DNA of 64,000 nt. Origin: Stylophora pistillata. Taxonomy: Eukaryota. The stretch lies in the NCBI RefSeq assembly GCF_002571385.2, contig NW_019218071.1, positions 62,001 to 126,000 on the forward strand, given 5' to 3'. A program made the position numbers and the translations under genes. A model generated the notes under the pieces. It worked only from the letters and a program-made list of their open reading frames with translations. It was not told the origin of the DNA and did not search any database. Of the stretch, positions 59,358 to 64,000 are shown piece after piece (within the stretch, counting starts at the first letter, position 1; every line of letters begins with the position of its first letter).

Positions 59358-62272
59358 ATGAGAATGAAGCTTTTACTTTTTGCTGCCTTTTTGGCAGGGC
59401 CTGTGGGAAGGATTTACGGTAAGACTACACTACCTCGAGTTCTTTTCGAATTAGAAAAAAGAGAAGCCGTGGCGATAAAATAATCCCTGAGGCGACCACG
59501 CTGAGAGAATATCTTTTTCCGACAACATTCCTCTTCGATATGATTTAGCATTGATGTTTCATATTAATTACTAACCGTTTTACAGAATGTTTCTGGCAGA
59601 GTTATAGTCCTTGTGAACATTCACAGCTATGCTCAACTTCACGCAAACGTTATCTTATCCAAAAGACTCATTACCTTTTATACAGGATTTTACTGTAATT
59701 TCGATCGTAACCAATGTGGATTTGTGCAACGTCGAGATGACGAGTTCGATTGGACCAGGAAAAAGGGTGCAACATCCTCCGGGAGTACAGGTCCTTATTC
59801 GGACGTGAAAGGACGAGGTAGGTTTTTGTTAAGAAACGTAGTACAAACGCAATTACATTGAATTTTGTAGCCGAAAGATTTTATACACCTACCTAACAAA
59901 AGGGAGTACGAGTGTCGCTGAGGATTATTTCCTAAAGCCATGGGACAATAGCCGGCATATCGTTTATCTAGAGCTTAAAACTTGAGGTAGAGTTATTTCT
60001 TTTTATTTCTTTCGCGATGACTGAGTCTAATGGCCTATACCGATCACCAAATAAAAAAACACAAAATAGAGACTGTACTACTTGGAGATTTTAAGCATTT
60101 AATCTCAACACAGCAACCCAAACACCAAAAGACCACGAGGTCTTTCTCCCGCGCGACATAGGTACGCAATTCGTACGTAGCCCGAAAATAGGTACGCAAC
60201 ACGTGCGAACGTAAATTAAAATGGGTCAATGTGAATTTAGCCACAACGAGTCGCACTATTTGAAAGTGTCGCCATGAAACTTACAGAACTCCCAGGACCG
60301 ATGAACTCTGGTTTCTGGTTAAATAGCAACCGTACCATATTCAAGTGCAAAAACATTTCCGATGTGCAGATTATTCCTTATTTGTTCGAGTGAGTATATT
60401 ATCATTCTTTATGGTTTCACTTGTAGGTTACTACATGTACATTGAAGCATCGCGCAAAAGCAAGGATGATAACGCCAAGTTAGAGATTCTCCCCGGAATA
60501 GCTGCTGGAAAGACGTGCATCTCCTTTTTCTATCACATGCGTGGTGGCCAAATGGGAACACTACGGGTGCTGGTGGATGGAAAACAAGTTTTTGAGAAGA
60601 GCGGGCATCAAGGTTTCGACTGGCGTACAGCTCAGTTCACTGTTGAGAGAAGAGCTTCATCAGTAAATATATTTGCTTTCATAATTCAACCTGAAAATTA
60701 CTGTACTTTGCAGCGGTTATGGTGCTAAGGTCTCAGGCTGTTTGTAAATGAGATTAAGACCAAAAAAAAAATGTTCCTCCTACCTAAACTGAGAAATTTG
60801 AAGCCGACCAGCGAGAAAGTATTTGAAACTGATGAAGAACTCGACCAGCAGGGCGTAAAAAAAAAATGGTATCCTACCCCAGTTTAAACAAAACTTTAAT
60901 ACCCTATATCAAACGCTAATTTGAAATGCTACTTTTAATTCGTTTTAACAGATTGTGTTTGAAGGAATTGTGGGACGAGGCCACCAGTCAGACATAGCGA
61001 TTGATGAAGTGAAGATAGACAACTGTGGAGAGGGAGGCGGTGGCCAAGGTAAGTTCTTACTAATTTCATCTGTGCTTTGTTCCATTAAAACGGTCCTTCA
61101 ATCCTACAATACATGTGCGCATGTCAGTAAAATGAGCAAAATTAAAGCTTATCTGAATTAATGTAAAGCCAGCCCTCAACATCATTCTGTTCTCCGTGCC
61201 TTCGACAAACCAACTGTTTGGAAAAGTGAGAGAAGAAAAGGAAACATAGCTAAATAAGCTTTGAAATTTAACCACAACATTCAAATTATCTTTGACTGAG
61301 CTATCAATGATCATTGCGTACTTTTAATACGGACACAGAAAAAAAGGTTTTTTTTTCCATAGAATTATGACTTATCTATGAACGATGTATTAATAAGCGT
61401 TGAGAAAGTTGACATTCTCCAAAAATACTTTACTATTTGGTAATTTTAAACTTCTATAGCAACAATAAAACCGCCAGCACCTCAACCACAAACAGCCCGA
61501 CCACCGCTTCCACACACTGCGACCCCACCAACAAGTAAGTTCCGTTTTTATCATAAAAAACAGATTGAGCAAAACGCAAGGCTATGATAAATAACGAAGC
61601 AACAACACGCGGGATGGCTTCAGGAAGAGATCTGTTAATTTTAGGTGCGCGAGTTGACTTCTTGAAAGACACTTCTTGACGTAATCATCTTTGTGTTTGC
61701 GGGCCTCTTGTCATGTTCCCGCCTTTTTCAACGCCTCGTCGGGTAATTGCTATCTCCTTTTTTTCCTTTTTTTTTAAAAAAAAAAAAGCAATGATTTGGT
61801 GGATTGTTACTTCCTGGCAAATTTTTCCGTTATTCGCTTTTCTCTTTTTCTATTCTCTTAAAAATAAAGGCCCTTTATGGTGGCCCCGAACAGTATTTAT
61901 TGATAACTGATAATTTCAAAACGGGAAGATGCCCAAACTCGTTGCAGAAGCGCAAATGTCAGAGAAATAATCGAAACTTGTAGCATCATTATTTCAATTT
62001 GGTATTTGAAACTATTTTTAGTCATCTCGAGGGTGGCTTTTATTCTCTTTAACACTCAGACAGCTTTATCTTTCAGGTGAGTGTGGCTTCCGTCCTTCCA
62101 CCAGGATTGTTGGAGGTGAATATGCACCACCGGGGGCGTGGCCATGGCAAGCAATGCTGCGGTGGTCTCACACTGGGTATGTGTTCTGTGGTGGTTCCTT
62201 GGTTGCTCCTCAGTGGGTTGTCACAGCCAGTCACTGTGTTGCGAAGGCAGGTGGAGATCCCGTATATATCAG
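59358..62272 (+). CDS. Secreted MAM-domain trypsin-like (S1) serine protease, 5' part; continues beyond the window
   Basis: Exons 59358-59418 (signal peptide [15 protein letters not shown]), 59686-59817 ([19 protein letters not shown]), 60427-60662 ([18 protein letters not shown]), 60952-61048 (VFEGIVG..DIAIDEV), 61460-61534 (P/T linker), 62077-62272 ([25 protein letters not shown]). Confidence 0.92.
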
Positions 62273-62571
62273 GTAACATATGAAATAAGGACGGATCATG
62301 CAACTGGACATGAGGGCAGTATTACAGGCGTAAACTGCACCTTTCGGAATCCAAGAGAATTATAATGCATTGAATGAAATCTGCGAATTCTAAGATTACT
62401 TTCTTTCTTTGCTTTTTTCCTTTTCCCCTTACGGCTCTCCTACTTCGCGCATCAATGTATGTGCAATCAGGTCCCCGACTTTCATCGTCGACATTTCTAT
62501 CGATATGGAGTTGTTTTGATTCACGTCTTAAAAAGATTTTCGTCGATTATGAAAGTTTAATGAAAGTTTAA

Positions 62572-64000
62572 TGATATATTACAATATTACAATAGTACAA
62601 AAAACATGCACTTCCCGCAGAGGCTAGTCGAGGCGGGCAGTGTTTAATACGTATATTATAAAATAAAAAGATTTATAGAGCAAGAGATTAAAAATTCTAG
62701 ACAAATACATTTAAGTTACGGCAAGAAAACAGAACAAGCTGGGGTCTTATAGTTGTGCTATGAAAGTAGACAAATCAATATAATCGTCATATTTTTCGCG
62801 TCTCTGGAGGAGGAAATCATGAATTTTACTCTTAAAATTGTATTTTGATAGCTGGCGCATTTCACAAGACAAGCTATTCCAGATTCTAAAACCATTTCTC
62901 GAAAATGCCCTTTTTTGTATATCTAATCTTGAACTTTCAACAAAATAGTCGGTCGCCTCTTGAAGATGATCTTGTCTTATGGGGATGAATATTAGTATGT
63001 TAGGTGACAAATTATTGGATATGTCATGCATCATGATGGCAACTGATTTAAAGTAAAGCATATCCAAAGGAAGAAAACGAGAAGAAACAGAAAACGGGAT
63101 TGCATGAGATCGGTAGTCACCAAAGTACATTAAGCGAAGGGCTCGTTTCTGAAGGATTAGAATTTTATCTCTACGAATTTTTGCAGCTTGACCCCACGCG
63201 ACTATAACATACAACAAATAGGGTTGGATAAGTGACCTGTAAATGGGGTTTAGAGTACTAAGGGGTACAAAGTATCTTAATCTAGAGATAACGCCGATTG
63301 ATTGATTTATTTTGGATGCAATATGAGCAATATGGTGACCCCATGAAAGAGTTTCATCAATAAGCACTCCTAAGTATTTAATAACTTCCTTACGTTCTAG
63401 GGAAATATAACTGTTAGTGTGATGGTCAAAGATTCTCAAATTTATTTGATGATTCAGTTTTTTCTGTCTGGGCCGAAAATTACAAAGTTAGATTTTTTAT
63501 ATTCAGTGATAACTTGTTAGCGATTAAACCAATCGTAGATGTTACAGAGTTCAGNTGGAACTCCTGATAAGATTACTTCCTCCTTGGATATACTTTTAAC
63601 ACCAATTTGTGTTGTTTGTTGTTGACCTACTAGGTAAAAGCAAACCACTTGTTCACTATTCCACGTATTCCGTAATGATTCAGCTTTTGCAATCATATTG
63701 AATGGTCGACCGTGTCGAAGGCCTTCCTCGAGTCAATGAATATACCACACGAATACATCTTTTTGTCCAATGATGTTATTTTCAATTTGACTGATTATAC
63801 TCAGGATAGCATGTTCAGTAGATCGTTTCTCGCGGAAACCATCTTGTGAATCATTAAGTATATTACGTTTCTCAAGAAAGCATTTGAGACCATGTTACAT
63901 CATTTTTTCGAAAATACGATTAAAAACAGACAGAAGAGATCTAGGTCTATAATTAGAAGGGACAGATTCATCATCATTTTTGTATATTGGAATAACCTTA
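62572..64000 (-). mobile_element. Degenerate LINE (CR1/L2-like RT) in the protease intron
   Basis: Minus strand [24 protein letters not shown] near the window end, GFREKRSTEHAI, ORF 63439-62747 (IKYLGVLIDETLSW..LQKRALRLM..GFRIWNSL); frameshifts; 3' stem-loop cactgcccgc..gcgggaagtg at 62610-62643. Confidence 0.9.

Overview
This is AT-rich, intron-containing animal DNA. The gene set and repeat families look like a stony coral or other anthozoan, which is an inference. Splice sites and reading frames were reconstructed by hand. Genes: (1) the 3' part of a class I bHLH E-protein gene (TCF3/4/12, daughterless family; +, 2431-10630); (2) a complete SELENBP1/methanethiol oxidase gene (+, 14809-24117); (3) LRRC71 (-, 41858-28335); (4) a complete M13 ECE/neprilysin-like metallopeptidase (+, 43158-51790); (5) an orphan filamin-repeat exon (+, 57845-58312); (6) the 5' part of a MAM-domain trypsin-like protease (+, from 59358). 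Introns and spacers hold many mobile elements: two foldback IS3EU-like elements with 20-bp tandem arrays and 6-bp TSDs, Harbinger- and Kolobok-like elements, Penelope-like remnants with a hammerhead motif, SINEs and LINE fragments. There are three N-gaps. Best leads: (a) tandem-duplicated, mutually exclusive bHLH helix1-loop exons in the E-protein gene, an apparently independent parallel of vertebrate E12/E47; (b) a SELENBP1 C-terminal extension ending in the peroxisomal PTS1 signal AKL; (c) a near-perfect inverted repeat enclosing the SELENBP1 promoter and exon 1; (d) the minisatellite-armed IS3EU-like foldback elements.
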